Made by a program: the position numbers and the translations under genes
The notes under the pieces: model-generated
Databases searched by the model: none
Told to the model about the DNA's origin: nothing
Seen by the model: the letters and a program-made list of their open reading frames with translations, nothing else
Shown: piece by piece, positions 1 through 9,973 of the stretch
How the letters are laid out: each line of letters opens with the position of its first letter
Position numbering within the stretch: position 1 is the stretch's first letter
From: a virus
Taxonomy: Duplodnaviria > Caudoviricetes
IMG/VR virus record: IMGVR_UViG_3300037440_000064
Location: 1-47,487 of that record
Reading direction: 5' to 3' (one strand)
DNA length: 47,487 bases

Positions 1-2
1 GA

Positions 3-1625
3 AGAGGGATATTCAGTACTCTTAACGTACCCCGTAAAAGGAAGCTCACTTCTCCTAAGTCAATAAACACCATAGCAAGGGACGCTCTTCGAGTCCTAAC
101 TTCAGGTATACAAGGAGGGTTGTTTCCATCTAACCGACCTTGGCTAGAATTAGGGATAGGGAACAAATCTTTAAAGAACGTGCCGTTTTTCAAGAACTGG
201 ATGTACGAAGCCCAAGAGGTATTGGTAGACGACTTCGCTTCCAGTAACTTCTATACAGCAAACGCTAACTCCGTAACAGAGTTAGCGGGGTTCGGTACTT
301 GCGCACTATTTATCGATTCAGATATAGAGGACCCACCATTTCAATTTATACCTTTGACGAACGGGGAATATGTTTTTGCTACCGATTATCTAGGTAGACC
401 AAATAAGTTTTACCGGATAATGTTCAAGTCTCCAAGCAATCTAATTGAAAAGTTTGGCAAGGATAAGGTGTCGGAGAGTACGAAGAGGCTTGCAGAAAAC
501 ACATCTTCAATACGCGACAAACAATTTGTAGCTATACTTGAGGGTATTTTCCCAACTAAGTATCAGGACAAAGCTTTTAAAAGAGTTATTTGGGAGATAG
601 GTGCCGGGGGTTCAGGTGACGCCGCGTTATCTGCGTTAATAACCAGCAATAACATTAACCCAAGTCCTCTTTTGGTATCCGGTTTTTATGAGTTTCCTGT
701 TCCCATTGGTAGATGGGAAACGATAGGGTCAGATTCCTATGGTGTTGGTCCCGGTTCGGAAGTCTTGCCGGAGATAAAGCGTCTTCAGGAAATGGAGAAG
801 GGTTACAGAATGGCGGTTCACAGGGAGATAGACCCACCCCTTTCCGCACCGGCCTACATGCGTGGTAAGTTACGTTCCCTTCCCGGTGCGAAGAACTACT
901 ACCGCAGCCCAGCAGATAAGGTTAGTCCCTTATACGCACGTAATTTCAACTATGCGGGTATAGATACGAAGATTGAAAAAATCGAAATGGCTATAAAGCT
1001 CAAGTTTTTCAATGACATATTCTTAACAGCTTCTCGTGATCCGAACGCATCTCCGATGAAAGCGGCAGAGGTTCAGGTTAAAGAGGGAGAGAAGCTTTTA
1101 AGGCTGGGGGCGGTTGTTGAAAGGCTAGTACCAGAGTTTTTTATTCCGCAAATAGTGCGTTGCTTTAATATAAATTTACGAAAAGGTAGGTTCCCCGACA
1201 TTCCTGAAGAGTATTTAGAAATGATGGGTAATATCAAACCTGCATTCATATCGCCGTTGGCACAAGTACAGAAACTCGTAGCTTCAAAATCCATAGAACA
1301 GACCCTAGCGTTCATAGGTCAAGCTGCGGGGGTTGTACCCGAAGTTCTTGACAAGATAAAGATTGACGAAGCGGTTGACGAGTTCGCTGATGCCCACGGA
1401 ACCTCTAGGCGCATACTTAATACCGCCGAAGAGGTCAACAAGATTAGAACTGCACGTCAAAAGCAACAACAGGCTAAAGAGAAAGAAGCAAAAGAAATGG
1501 CAATGGCTGAGACTCTGGCTAAAACCTCACCCGCCCTAGCTAATGCAGATAAAACAAGAGCGGAAACAGGGCAAATAATGACTGACTCGCTTGTTTCACA
1601 ACAAGAATTGGGGGCTATAATATGA
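3..1625 (+). CDS. Portal / head-tail connector (T7 gp8 / BPP-1-like), 5' part lies at the window end
   Basis: The frame is open from position 3 (RGIFSTLN...LTSGIQGGLFPSNRPW), upstream of the ORF-track start at 120. Portal-like motifs: PSNRPW, GFGT, RWETIGSDSYGVGPG, ISPLAQVQK. Lies between terminase and scaffold/capsid. Confidence 0.93.
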   Translation, partial: RGIFSTLNVPRKRKLTSPKSINTIARDALRVLTSGIQGGLFPSNRPWLELGIGNKSLKNVPFFKNWMYEAQEVLVDDFASSNFYTANANSVTELAGFGTCALFIDSDIEDPPFQFIPLTNGEYVFATDYLGRPNKFYRIMFKSPSNLIEKFGKDKVSESTKRLAENTSSIRDKQFVAILEGIFPTKYQDKAFKRVIWEIGAGGSGDAALSALITSNNINPSPLLVSGFYEFPVPIGRWETIGSDSYGVGPGSEVLPEIKRLQEMEKGYRMAVHREIDPPLSAPAYMRGKLRSLPGAKNYYRSPADKVSPLYARNFNYAGIDTKIEKIEMAIKLKFFNDIFLTASRDPNASPMKAAEVQVKEGEKLLRLGAVVERLVPEFFIPQIVRCFNINLRKGRFPDIPEEYLEMMGNIKPAFISPLAQVQKLVASKSIEQTLAFIGQAAGVVPEVLDKIKIDEAVDEFADAHGTSRRILNTAEEVNKIRTARQKQQQAKEKEAKEMAMAETLAKTSPALANADKTRAETGQIMTDSLVSQQELGAII

Positions 1626-1948
1626 ACCAATTTGAGGAATACGAGGTTAATAGCGAAGAAAACGCCGAAGCGGAAAAGGACGACAAGAAACGTAACCTTT
1701 TGCGGATAGCGCGTATACGTGAAATCATGCATACTAAAGGTTTTTACGAGGTGGTGAATTTAGTACTTGACATTTCTAACTTTAACGGTAATAATTACGT
1801 ACCTAATTCAGACGAGACGGTATATCTTGAAGGCCGTAGATCAGTGTTTATTGATATGTTGGCAGTATTGGAAGAGTGTGATTTATACTACTATTCTAAA
1901 CTATTAAAAGAAAAGGCGGAGGAGGTCGAAAATGGAAGGAGAGAATAG
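1622..1948 (+). CDS. Small protein following portal (Bbp19-like)
   Basis: YLEGRRSV motif and position between portal and scaffold, as in BPP-1-like phages. Confidence 0.6.
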   Translation: MNQFEEYEVNSEENAEAEKDDKKRNLLRIARIREIMHTKGFYEVVNLVLDISNFNGNNYVPNSDETVYLEGRRSVFIDMLAVLEECDLYYYSKLLKEKAEEVENGRRE

Positions 1949-2624
1949 CACTTTACTTAATGGTGAAGGAGGAGAAGGTGTAACTAATGCGGACAACCAG
2001 GTTAACACTGAAGTAAATAAAGATACTGTCCCGGTAGTTGAGGGAGAGGATAAAGGTGGGGGAGAGGCAACTAACGTGTTAGTTGGTCTTTCCAAAGAAC
2101 TGTTAAGTAACGAAAGGCTAAAGGACGTAAAGTCTGTGGAAGATTTGGCGAACCGTTTGGTAAGCGCTAAATTGGCTCCTGAGATTCCCGCTCCTGACGG
2201 TTACAAGTTACCGGAAGGTACGCCGCCTGAAATAGGGCAATTTGCCCATGAGAACAATCTTACCCAAGAACAGCTTGACGGAGTAATGGGTAAGGTGAAC
2301 GAATGGTACGCAGGTCGAGAGCAACTAGCTTTGAAAGACCTAGCCGACCAAGGTCAAGCAAAATTGGTGGAATGGGGCGAAGCCGCAAAAGATAATCTTG
2401 GCCTCGCTAATTCAGGTGTATCATACATCGAAACCAAACATCCCGGACTACGGGGTATGCTGGTAGATACTGGATACGGCAACCATCCTCTGCTTATGGA
2501 CATTTTTAAGACCATAGGGGAAATGGTTAAAGAAGGATCTTTTGTAGGTGGGGATACAAACACACCTGCAACTAAAAAAATGACAGCGGCTGAAAAGATG
2601 TACCCTTCGGCTACTAAAGAATAA
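1932..2624 (+). CDS. Capsid assembly scaffolding protein
   Basis: Acidic N-terminus, GYGNHPLL motif, C-terminal AAEKMYPS, directly upstream of the capsid gene; RBS GGAGG. Confidence 0.8.
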   Translation: MEGENSTLLNGEGGEGVTNADNQVNTEVNKDTVPVVEGEDKGGGEATNVLVGLSKELLSNERLKDVKSVEDLANRLVSAKLAPEIPAPDGYKLPEGTPPEIGQFAHENNLTQEQLDGVMGKVNEWYAGREQLALKDLADQGQAKLVEWGEAAKDNLGLANSGVSYIETKHPGLRGMLVDTGYGNHPLLMDIFKTIGEMVKEGSFVGGDTNTPATKKMTAAEKMYPSATKE

Positions 2625-2644
2625 CAATCTGAGGAGAAACAAAA

Positions 2645-3679
2645 ATGGCTTTCGAACCTCTAACAGGTGCGGTTTATCCTAATCTTATAAACGTTGCAAA
2701 GGGTTTAGACCCCGATGGTTCTATCGCTGACGTAGCTGAACTCTACGCTCAGAGTAATCCGATCATAATGGACATCCCCATGATTCAAGGGAACCTTCCT
2801 ACTGGTCATCGTTCAACAATTCGTTCAGATATCCCTGAACCGGTTTTTCGGAGAGCTTACAAAGGTGTTAAGCCTACCTCTTCCAAAAAGATTCAGGTAG
2901 AAGATACTATCGGCATAGTGGAGGACTATGCTGCGGTCGATAAGGAAGTTGCCGATCTTAACGGCAACACAGCTGCTTTCCGCCTGGACGAAGACAAGCC
3001 CCATATTGAGGGTATGTCTAACAAAATGGCAAGCTCCATTTTCTATTGCGATACCGATGTTACTCCCGAAGGTTTCCTTGGCTTCGGCCCACGGTACGCC
3101 GTAACCGACATTGCCACCGTAAAACCGGGGGCAGTAGTGCAGTCCTCACAGTTGTCGAACGTCATTTCGCTCGAAGGAACTACGAACCTTGCTTCTATAT
3201 GGCTGGTAATCTGGTCTCCTTCTACAGTGTTCGGAGTTTTCCCAAAAGGCTCCAGAGCGGGCCTATTCCAAGAAGACCAAGGCGAACAACGTTTGTCAGA
3301 TAACGAGGGCGGCTGGTTCCAGGGGTATGTGTCACATTATCAGTGGAAAATGGGATTAGTCGTAAAAGATTGGCGTTGTGTTGTACGTATTTGCAACATA
3401 GACGTAAGCGCTATTGCGGATACGGCTACTCAGACTGCGTTGTATATCGCCATGATTAAGGCGTTGCACACACTCCCACCAGGAGCTGTCGGGAATAAGA
3501 TGTTTTATTGCCCCCCGGCGATTGCGGCAATGTTGGATTTGGCGGCAACAGATAAGTCTAATGCGGCGCTTGGTGCCAAAGAAGTTTTTGGTGAAGAGCT
3601 TACTACTTTCCGGCGGGTCCCGATTCGTCAGTGCAATGCCCTCCTTGAGACTGAAACTCAGGTAATCGCTTCGGCATAA
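2645..3679 (+). CDS. Major capsid protein (Bbp17-like, HK97 fold)
   Basis: 344 aa; motifs GNLPTGH, YQWKMGLVVKDWRCVVRICNID, FRRVPIRQC; strong RBS GAGGAG; synteny. Confidence 0.92.
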   Translation: MAFEPLTGAVYPNLINVAKGLDPDGSIADVAELYAQSNPIIMDIPMIQGNLPTGHRSTIRSDIPEPVFRRAYKGVKPTSSKKIQVEDTIGIVEDYAAVDKEVADLNGNTAAFRLDEDKPHIEGMSNKMASSIFYCDTDVTPEGFLGFGPRYAVTDIATVKPGAVVQSSQLSNVISLEGTTNLASIWLVIWSPSTVFGVFPKGSRAGLFQEDQGEQRLSDNEGGWFQGYVSHYQWKMGLVVKDWRCVVRICNIDVSAIADTATQTALYIAMIKALHTLPPGAVGNKMFYCPPAIAAMLDLAATDKSNAALGAKEVFGEELTTFRRVPIRQCNALLETETQVIASA

Positions 3680-3714
3680 CAACTAACGTGTTAGTTAGAT
3701 AGGAGATACAAACT

Positions 3715-4062
3715 ATGTTTCTTGATAATTCATTGATGATAGCCGATGGTCTGGCGCACGATGGAACCCCTACGGTTATAGACCTCGGAACAGCGAGTGC
3801 TGCGGTAGGTGAAACTATTGGGATTTTCATTCAAGGCAGTGCAGACTTGGCGGGTTGTACAGGCTTTGTGGTTACAGACGGAGCTACTGAGGCGGCGGCG
3901 GATGCCCTTATGACGGTTACTACCGATCTGGTGGGAACTACCCTCCAAGTTTTCTTACCACCAGATACGGCTCGGTATGTTAAGGTTGACTTGGTGGGAA
4001 CAACTTCAGCCGGTACATGGTCGTGTGGAGTAATTTCACTTCCAGTTCAGACTAATATGTAA
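3715..4062 (+). CDS. Capsid cement/decoration protein (Bbp16-like)
   Basis: 115 aa beta-rich protein starting MFLD, with VIDLG and RYVK motifs, immediately after the capsid gene. Confidence 0.7.
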   Translation: MFLDNSLMIADGLAHDGTPTVIDLGTASAAVGETIGIFIQGSADLAGCTGFVVTDGATEAAADALMTVTTDLVGTTLQVFLPPDTARYVKVDLVGTTSAGTWSCGVISLPVQTNM

Positions 4063-4087
4063 ATTTAACGTTGTCATATGTACAAAC

Positions 4088-4137
4088 AAAAACCCTACTC
4101 GCCTTTTCGGTTGGGTAGGGTTTTTTTTTTTTTTTTT
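4088..4137 (+). terminator. Intrinsic terminator after the capsid/cement genes
   Basis: AAAAACCCTACTCG...TTGGGTAGGG hairpin followed by 17 T (4121-4137). Confidence 0.85.
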
Positions 4138-4158
4138 ATAACTATTAAAGGTGAAAAT

Positions 4159-4638
4159 ATGAGAGTTATTTGTGACCGAACCTGCCAGATACGAATAAGA
4201 GGTAAGGTTTATACCGTTTCTCGAAATGAGAAATTGACGCTTGACGACGCAGAGTTTCCTACTTGTCCTGAATACTTCCACGTTCTTGGAGAGAATCCGA
4301 GAGCCGTTAAAAAGAATCTTGAGGTTATAGACTTCGACGCCATAAGTGAAGGGGAACTTATGGAGATGGAAGGGAACCTTGAAGAGCTTAAAAAGTTTCT
4401 CAGTATCAGGTATCCGCAAATAACATTTGCTAAAAATATAGGTTGGTCAACTCTGGTTACTCGATATCTGGAAGTACGTAACAATATGGTTACACGCATC
4501 GACAATACCGGCAAGGTGAAGCATACCGTAGTTGAACTCAGTACTGAGTTTGCACGGATGAAAGAAGAACCGGAGAAAGAATCATCTGTTGAGATTTCCA
4601 AAGCTTTTGATGATCTTGACGACATAATTGGGAGTTAA
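4159..4638 (+). CDS. Hypothetical protein
   Basis: Start moved to ATG 4159 (RBS AAAGGTG), because the ORF-track extension runs through the terminator; acidic C-terminus DDLDDIIGS. Confidence 0.7.
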   Translation: MRVICDRTCQIRIRGKVYTVSRNEKLTLDDAEFPTCPEYFHVLGENPRAVKKNLEVIDFDAISEGELMEMEGNLEELKKFLSIRYPQITFAKNIGWSTLVTRYLEVRNNMVTRIDNTGKVKHTVVELSTEFARMKEEPEKESSVEISKAFDDLDDIIGS

Positions 4639-4641
4639 GCC

Positions 4642-5229
4642 ATGCTTACTTCGGCGGTCTCCATATGTAATTACTCTCTCAGCTTATTGGGCCATAAGGC
4701 TATAAGCACGTTAGACGACTCAGCTAACCAGCGGGTAAGGCTCTATAAGTTTACGTATGAGGCCGCTGTAGAGTTGGTATTGTCTAAGATGGACTGGCCT
4801 TTTGCTCGTGACATAAAAGCTATTGACATTGACCCTTCTCAAGATTTTGGGGATGGAAGGGTGGCTTACGTCATCCCTCCAGATTGCGCTATACCTCTGG
4901 ATATAACGCCCTTTGGAAGAAGTGTTCCGTGGGAGCAAGTCGGAGGATTCATTGCTACTGCACTCCAAGAAAAATTGTATTTGAAATATACTCGGAAAGA
5001 AAGGAATGCTGCCAGGTTTTCGATAACTTTCAAAAATGCCGTAGCGAAGTTAATGGTAGCACAGTTAGCTGGTCCACTAAACGGGGCTTCGGCTAAAGAA
5101 GTACGCTCACTGTATGAAGCTTTTGAAATGGACTTCAACTACAATGCGGTAATAGAAGCCAGCATCGGCACAGACCATCGTGAATTTGATAACGACCCCG
5201 ATAATGACACCTTTAATTCGAGTTGGTAA
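4642..5229 (+). CDS. Tail tubular protein A / adaptor (T7 gp11-like)
   Basis: ICNYSLSLLG and WPFA motifs, size and synteny. Confidence 0.8.
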   Translation: MLTSAVSICNYSLSLLGHKAISTLDDSANQRVRLYKFTYEAAVELVLSKMDWPFARDIKAIDIDPSQDFGDGRVAYVIPPDCAIPLDITPFGRSVPWEQVGGFIATALQEKLYLKYTRKERNAARFSITFKNAVAKLMVAQLAGPLNGASAKEVRSLYEAFEMDFNYNAVIEASIGTDHREFDNDPDNDTFNSSW

Positions 5230-5231
5230 AA

Positions 5232-7070
5232 ATGGCCGGATATAGGCGGGAAAAAAATAACTTTACGGCGGGCGAAGTTTCTCCTCTCATGTATGGGAGA
5301 AGGGATTTTGAACGTTATAAAAATGGTAGTAAAGTTATAAAGAACATGATAGTGGCTACCCAAGGTCCGGTGTCTCGGAGAGCGGGATCAGAGTTCATTG
5401 CTTCCTTGTCGGATTTTGGTATCGACCCCTCTAACCCACAGGTGAGAATGGTTGAGTTTGTATTCAACGAATCTCAAGCTTACGTTTTATTATTTTTTCG
5501 CCACACGTCAGGAGTTGTAAGGGTAGTTTTTGCTGTTAATGATGGGTTGTTAGCTTATCCAGACCCAGCACCCGAAGAGTGTCCCACCGGAACTCCGGTT
5601 AGCTATACCCCGGGGGATGTTGTCTACCTCGATATGCCTACTGGATGGGACATAGAGAATTTTGACTACGCACAATCGGGAGATTATCTGTATTGTGCGC
5701 AAGGAGCGTTAAAGCCACACGTTATCATACGCAATGCGTTATACTGTTGGACAGTAGAAGAGCTAACTTTTACCGATCAACCTACTGATTGGAGTGACAC
5801 ATTTGGTTGGCCTGAAACAGTAGCGTTCATTCAGCAACGGTTGGCTTTTGGGGGGTCATTAAAAGACCGCCAAACTGTTTGGCTTTCAAGAGCAGGGGAT
5901 TTTTCCCACTTCGGTCAATTAGGGGCTACGTTAGTCGATGCGGATGCCATAACGTTTACCCTTGATTCAGGGACTCAGAATCGTATAGTCTGGATGCAGA
6001 CTGTTAAAGGTTTACATATAGGGACCATCGGTAATGAGTGGGTAGTAACAGGAAACGGGCAAGCTGCTTTAACTCCTACAGATGGGGTGCTTACTCAAAA
6101 TTCTACTAACCAGGGGTCAGAAAAAATAAAACCATTAAGAATTGGTCTAACTACCTTATTTGTAGAGAAGCATGGCCGGGTGATAAATGAGTTTATCTAT
6201 GACTACAATTATGACAGTTACAAGGCTTCGGACGTAACTATACTATCACCACACCTTACAGAAGAGTTTTCTATAACGCGTTGGACCTATCAACAAACTC
6301 CAAACTCAGTTGTCTGGGCGGTTCGTTCGGATGGAGCTTTGCTAGGTATGACCTACCAGAGACAGCACAATGTTGTTGCCTGGCACAGGCACGATACTAA
6401 AGGGGAGTTTATGGACATATGCGCTATCCCAGGTACTAATCGTGAAGATGATCTTTGGATGGTGGTAAAAAGAACAATAGGTGGTCAAGACAAGTATTAC
6501 CTTGAGAAGAAAGCGCAAGAGTTCAAAGGCTCGGACCCTAAAGACGGAAGGTTCTTAGACTCGTTCATGTTTTACGATGGAGACCCTGTTTCGGTAATAG
6601 AAGGGTTGGAGCATTTAGAAGGTGACGAGGTGTACATACTTACAAACGGTTATATACACCCGCCTAAAGTAGTGGTAAATGGAGAGATAACTTTGAACAA
6701 ACCGGCAACTAACGTGTTAGTTGGCCTATACTACTACTCGGAAGTAAGGCCTTTGCTAGATCCGGTTCCAACAAAAGAGGGATCGTCGGCTCTTTCCAGA
6801 TATAAGATATTGGCGGCGCATTTGGAGTTATATCGTTCATTAGGGTTTGAGATAGGTATAGTAAATGAGCAGGGGGAAGAAGAGGTAGAGGAAAAACCTT
6901 TTAGAAAACCGTACCACAGCACAGGGCAAGCAGTACCTCTGTTTACCGGAATTTACGAGGTAGATGGGTTTGAGGGCATGGTCAGGAGTATAGAGTACTT
7001 TATTCGCCAACGACAGCCATTGCCTTTGACGGTTATAAGCGTAGTTGATAATGTAGAGGTGGTGTTATGA
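5232..7070 (+). CDS. Tail tubular protein B / nozzle (T7 gp12-like)
   Basis: NFTAGEVSP, QGPVSRRAGS, QQRLAFGG, WLSRAGDF, VVAWHRH, GLEHLEG motifs. Confidence 0.88.
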   Translation: MAGYRREKNNFTAGEVSPLMYGRRDFERYKNGSKVIKNMIVATQGPVSRRAGSEFIASLSDFGIDPSNPQVRMVEFVFNESQAYVLLFFRHTSGVVRVVFAVNDGLLAYPDPAPEECPTGTPVSYTPGDVVYLDMPTGWDIENFDYAQSGDYLYCAQGALKPHVIIRNALYCWTVEELTFTDQPTDWSDTFGWPETVAFIQQRLAFGGSLKDRQTVWLSRAGDFSHFGQLGATLVDADAITFTLDSGTQNRIVWMQTVKGLHIGTIGNEWVVTGNGQAALTPTDGVLTQNSTNQGSEKIKPLRIGLTTLFVEKHGRVINEFIYDYNYDSYKASDVTILSPHLTEEFSITRWTYQQTPNSVVWAVRSDGALLGMTYQRQHNVVAWHRHDTKGEFMDICAIPGTNREDDLWMVVKRTIGGQDKYYLEKKAQEFKGSDPKDGRFLDSFMFYDGDPVSVIEGLEHLEGDEVYILTNGYIHPPKVVVNGEITLNKPATNVLVGLYYYSEVRPLLDPVPTKEGSSALSRYKILAAHLELYRSLGFEIGIVNEQGEEEVEEKPFRKPYHSTGQAVPLFTGIYEVDGFEGMVRSIEYFIRQRQPLPLTVISVVDNVEVVL

Positions 7071-7879
7071 TATGGTTCGCAGTAGCAGCGATCGCAGCGG
7101 CGGCATACAGTGCGTCCTCTTCCGCTAAGACCGGAACAGCTACAAACAAAAACGCTAACTCTTGGAACAAATACAACGCCGAGGTACAGTACCGAGTAGA
7201 TTCTAGTAACATAGAAGCGCAAAAGATGATAACCGCTTTGAACCAATCGGTTATCAAGTCTACGTCGGTTCTTACTAACCGTACAAATGATGCTCTAGAC
7301 CAGGCTAACATATCCTTAATATCTGCTACTAATACGTTAAACGGTATATTTTACGAAGAGGATATATTAAGGGTATGGGATGAGGCCAATCTAAATACGT
7401 CATTAATAGGTATGGAGAGAGCGAGAGAAAGGGGTACGCTGATAGCTAACCAATCCGCTTCAGGTACTACTCTAGGAGTAGGCTCAAATGCGGATGCGGT
7501 TATAGACCAAATGACACAAGAGGCACTCGACAAATTTATAATAAAGTACGGGGCGGATAAAAAGGCGGGGGACATACTGAACGCCAAAGCTATATCAGAC
7601 TTTCAAGCCGACCAAGAGATAAAGAAGATAACTTACGAAGGTCGAATACGTAGTGCCACAAATACCTTAAGTACCGATATGCAGATAGGGGCCATGCAGG
7701 TAGAGAGCGACATAACATCTATAGCCGACATGCTCTCAGCGGATCTTCGTAGGAACAGCACTATAGGTGGGGGTAACGCTTCCGCCGCACGTAACCAAGC
7801 TGTTATAGATTCAAACTTCAAAGCGGGTATGGTAAATGCGGCGGCTTCAGGAGCTTCCACCTACGCAGCAACAAAATAA
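7067..7879 (+). CDS. Internal virion (ejection) protein, gp14-like
   Basis: Hydrophobic Ala-rich N-terminus, Ala/Ser/Gln-rich helical body, position after the nozzle gene. Confidence 0.6.
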   Translation: MIWFAVAAIAAAAYSASSSAKTGTATNKNANSWNKYNAEVQYRVDSSNIEAQKMITALNQSVIKSTSVLTNRTNDALDQANISLISATNTLNGIFYEEDILRVWDEANLNTSLIGMERARERGTLIANQSASGTTLGVGSNADAVIDQMTQEALDKFIIKYGADKKAGDILNAKAISDFQADQEIKKITYEGRIRSATNTLSTDMQIGAMQVESDITSIADMLSADLRRNSTIGGGNASAARNQAVIDSNFKAGMVNAAASGASTYAATK

Positions 7880-7891
7880 CAGGTTTATATA

Positions 7892-9973
7892 ATGGCTAAT
7901 AATCGTGCTAATAACCGGGTAAAACTGGCTTCAGGAACGCTGTTAGGGGGATCATCTCCTAAGTTATCTCCTACTCAAATTCGTACCAATGTAGACATAC
8001 GTCCTGGTCAAGTTAATCCAAACGCCGGTAGGGTACAGAATACAGCTACGCCGATTGCCGAACCTATAATGCGTGATAGTTTTGGGGAAGCGATAGAGTC
8101 GGCAACTAACAGGTTAGTTGATGCCGCTTTTCGTTATCAGGAAAAGCGCGACCAGTTAGAAGCAGATGAAGGGGTGTTGAACTTCCGTAGTAAAACGAGG
8201 GAAGCTTTCTTTGGTGCGCCAACTCCTGACGGGAAAATGTCGATAGGGTACGGCGGCTTAGAGAGAAAAGCGGCGGTGGATGGGTTCGATACCTACCGAG
8301 AAACAATAGCTCAGATATCCAAGTCGGTGCTAGACGGAAAGTCAGATTCCGTCAAGACTAAAATGATGTTTGCTATCCAGAGGGAGAAAGATGCTGCTAT
8401 AGAAAGGGGAGTGTCCCACAACTTCCGACAGTTTAAGTTGCATGAAGAAAATGTACGCTTTCAAGAGAAAGAGGATATACTGAGAGACATAGAGCTAAAC
8501 GGGGTACAAGCTTTTAAGAACGGAACAGTAGCATCTCATTTAGCCAAGTATAGCAATCTACAAGAGCAAGCTGCGGCTGAAGAGTTCCTCGCGACTCAGT
8601 CTATGTACATGACGTACAACGATGCCTATGAAAGTGCAAGTAATAACCCTCAAGATGTAACCCCGGCATTGACTGCTTATAAAGCCACTACGGGTACGTT
8701 TGAAGATATAAGAGGGGGAGTATCTGAAGCTACTGAGAACAGCTTACAAAACTGGATGAAGAGTAAGCAGGGGCAAGCAGAGGCGCAGGCTAAAGCGGCG
8801 TTGAGAGAAAGACAGACAAGATTTAAAAATGAGGTTCTTCGCAGCGCACCTGAAGGAATGGCGATAGGTTTGTCAAATGGAAACTTCGAATTTGTTCACA
8901 ACGGAATAAAGGGTATGCGCCAAGTCTTATCAGATACCCCTGGTAGTGATAAGAAAATAGTGTCTTCTTTGAAAGATGCATTTGAGTTTGTGGTAAACAA
9001 CGGTGGAGGGAGCACTTTATCTGATAAAAGGCTAATAGGGATAGAAGCCTACAATAAGTTAATCTCGTCAGGGGATAGCCTGAGTGTATTAGAAAGAATG
9101 GAGTTGGGGAAGTATGTATCGGAGACTCTTCCACGGAAGATACAGTCGGATATGAATTTCTCTGACAGTTTGAAGATAGCCCAAAGGGACGCCGACTTAG
9201 CTAGAAGTCTAAGCTCAGGAGAAATGCAACCGATAAATGAAGTACCCCCTGCGGGGATGCTCCCCTCTAATCAAGCTAAGTGGTACAGGCAGAATGCTAC
9301 TTACAAGAACTCCTTCAAAGGAGTGCTAAGTGGATATACTAAAGATAAGGCAAGTGCTTATTTGATAGCGGCTCATGGTAAATTGGTAGACGGAAAACTC
9401 TCAAACAGCGAGATGGATAAGCTGCAGGAATTATCTATAGAGGGTTTGATACCTCCCGGCGAGTATGCGAAGCTTTTTAAACTGAACCGAGAGAAGGCGT
9501 CTTCAAGCAGCAAAAAGAATCCTTGGCAAAATACTGCGGCGTATGCGGGGGCTATGGGGCGCATAAAAGCCTCGGCGTATCAGTTTGCGGGGGCAAAACC
9601 CGTTAAGCCTAAGAAAGCTAAAGATATGATGGAGTATAACGAGAAGTTGGCCGACTGGCATCAGAACTCAAATCAAGGTATACAACAAGCTAAATTGGAA
9701 ATGGACAAAGCAGCAAGAATGGCCTATGACAACAAGCAAGAGTTCGACTCAACCACTTGGTGGAAAGAGTACGTTAAGAACGGCATAAATAACGGTTCGA
9801 TAGTCTCACCAGCAATGGAGCGGAGCATGTTTCAGAGAGTAAAAGACTTTATTAATCCCGGACGAGAAGCTCTTTCAGGAGATATAAAAGAAAGTCAGTT
9901 TATGTTTGATCTTACAGGTGACCCGGCTTACTTACCTACAATGATGGACGATGAGGACGAAGATGCCAACTAA
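7892..9973 (+). CDS. Internal virion (ejection) protein, gp15-like
   Basis: 693 aa helical protein in the ejection-gene position. Confidence 0.55.
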   Translation: MANNRANNRVKLASGTLLGGSSPKLSPTQIRTNVDIRPGQVNPNAGRVQNTATPIAEPIMRDSFGEAIESATNRLVDAAFRYQEKRDQLEADEGVLNFRSKTREAFFGAPTPDGKMSIGYGGLERKAAVDGFDTYRETIAQISKSVLDGKSDSVKTKMMFAIQREKDAAIERGVSHNFRQFKLHEENVRFQEKEDILRDIELNGVQAFKNGTVASHLAKYSNLQEQAAAEEFLATQSMYMTYNDAYESASNNPQDVTPALTAYKATTGTFEDIRGGVSEATENSLQNWMKSKQGQAEAQAKAALRERQTRFKNEVLRSAPEGMAIGLSNGNFEFVHNGIKGMRQVLSDTPGSDKKIVSSLKDAFEFVVNNGGGSTLSDKRLIGIEAYNKLISSGDSLSVLERMELGKYVSETLPRKIQSDMNFSDSLKIAQRDADLARSLSSGEMQPINEVPPAGMLPSNQAKWYRQNATYKNSFKGVLSGYTKDKASAYLIAAHGKLVDGKLSNSEMDKLQELSIEGLIPPGEYAKLFKLNREKASSSSKKNPWQNTAAYAGAMGRIKASAYQFAGAKPVKPKKAKDMMEYNEKLADWHQNSNQGIQQAKLEMDKAARMAYDNKQEFDSTTWWKEYVKNGINNGSIVSPAMERSMFQRVKDFINPGREALSGDIKESQFMFDLTGDPAYLPTMMDDEDEDAN

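Noticed and set aside
4078-4158. N-terminal extension with poly-Phe, or a slippage site at T17
   Set aside because: It is the terminator hairpin and U-tract; homopolymer length may also be a sequencing error
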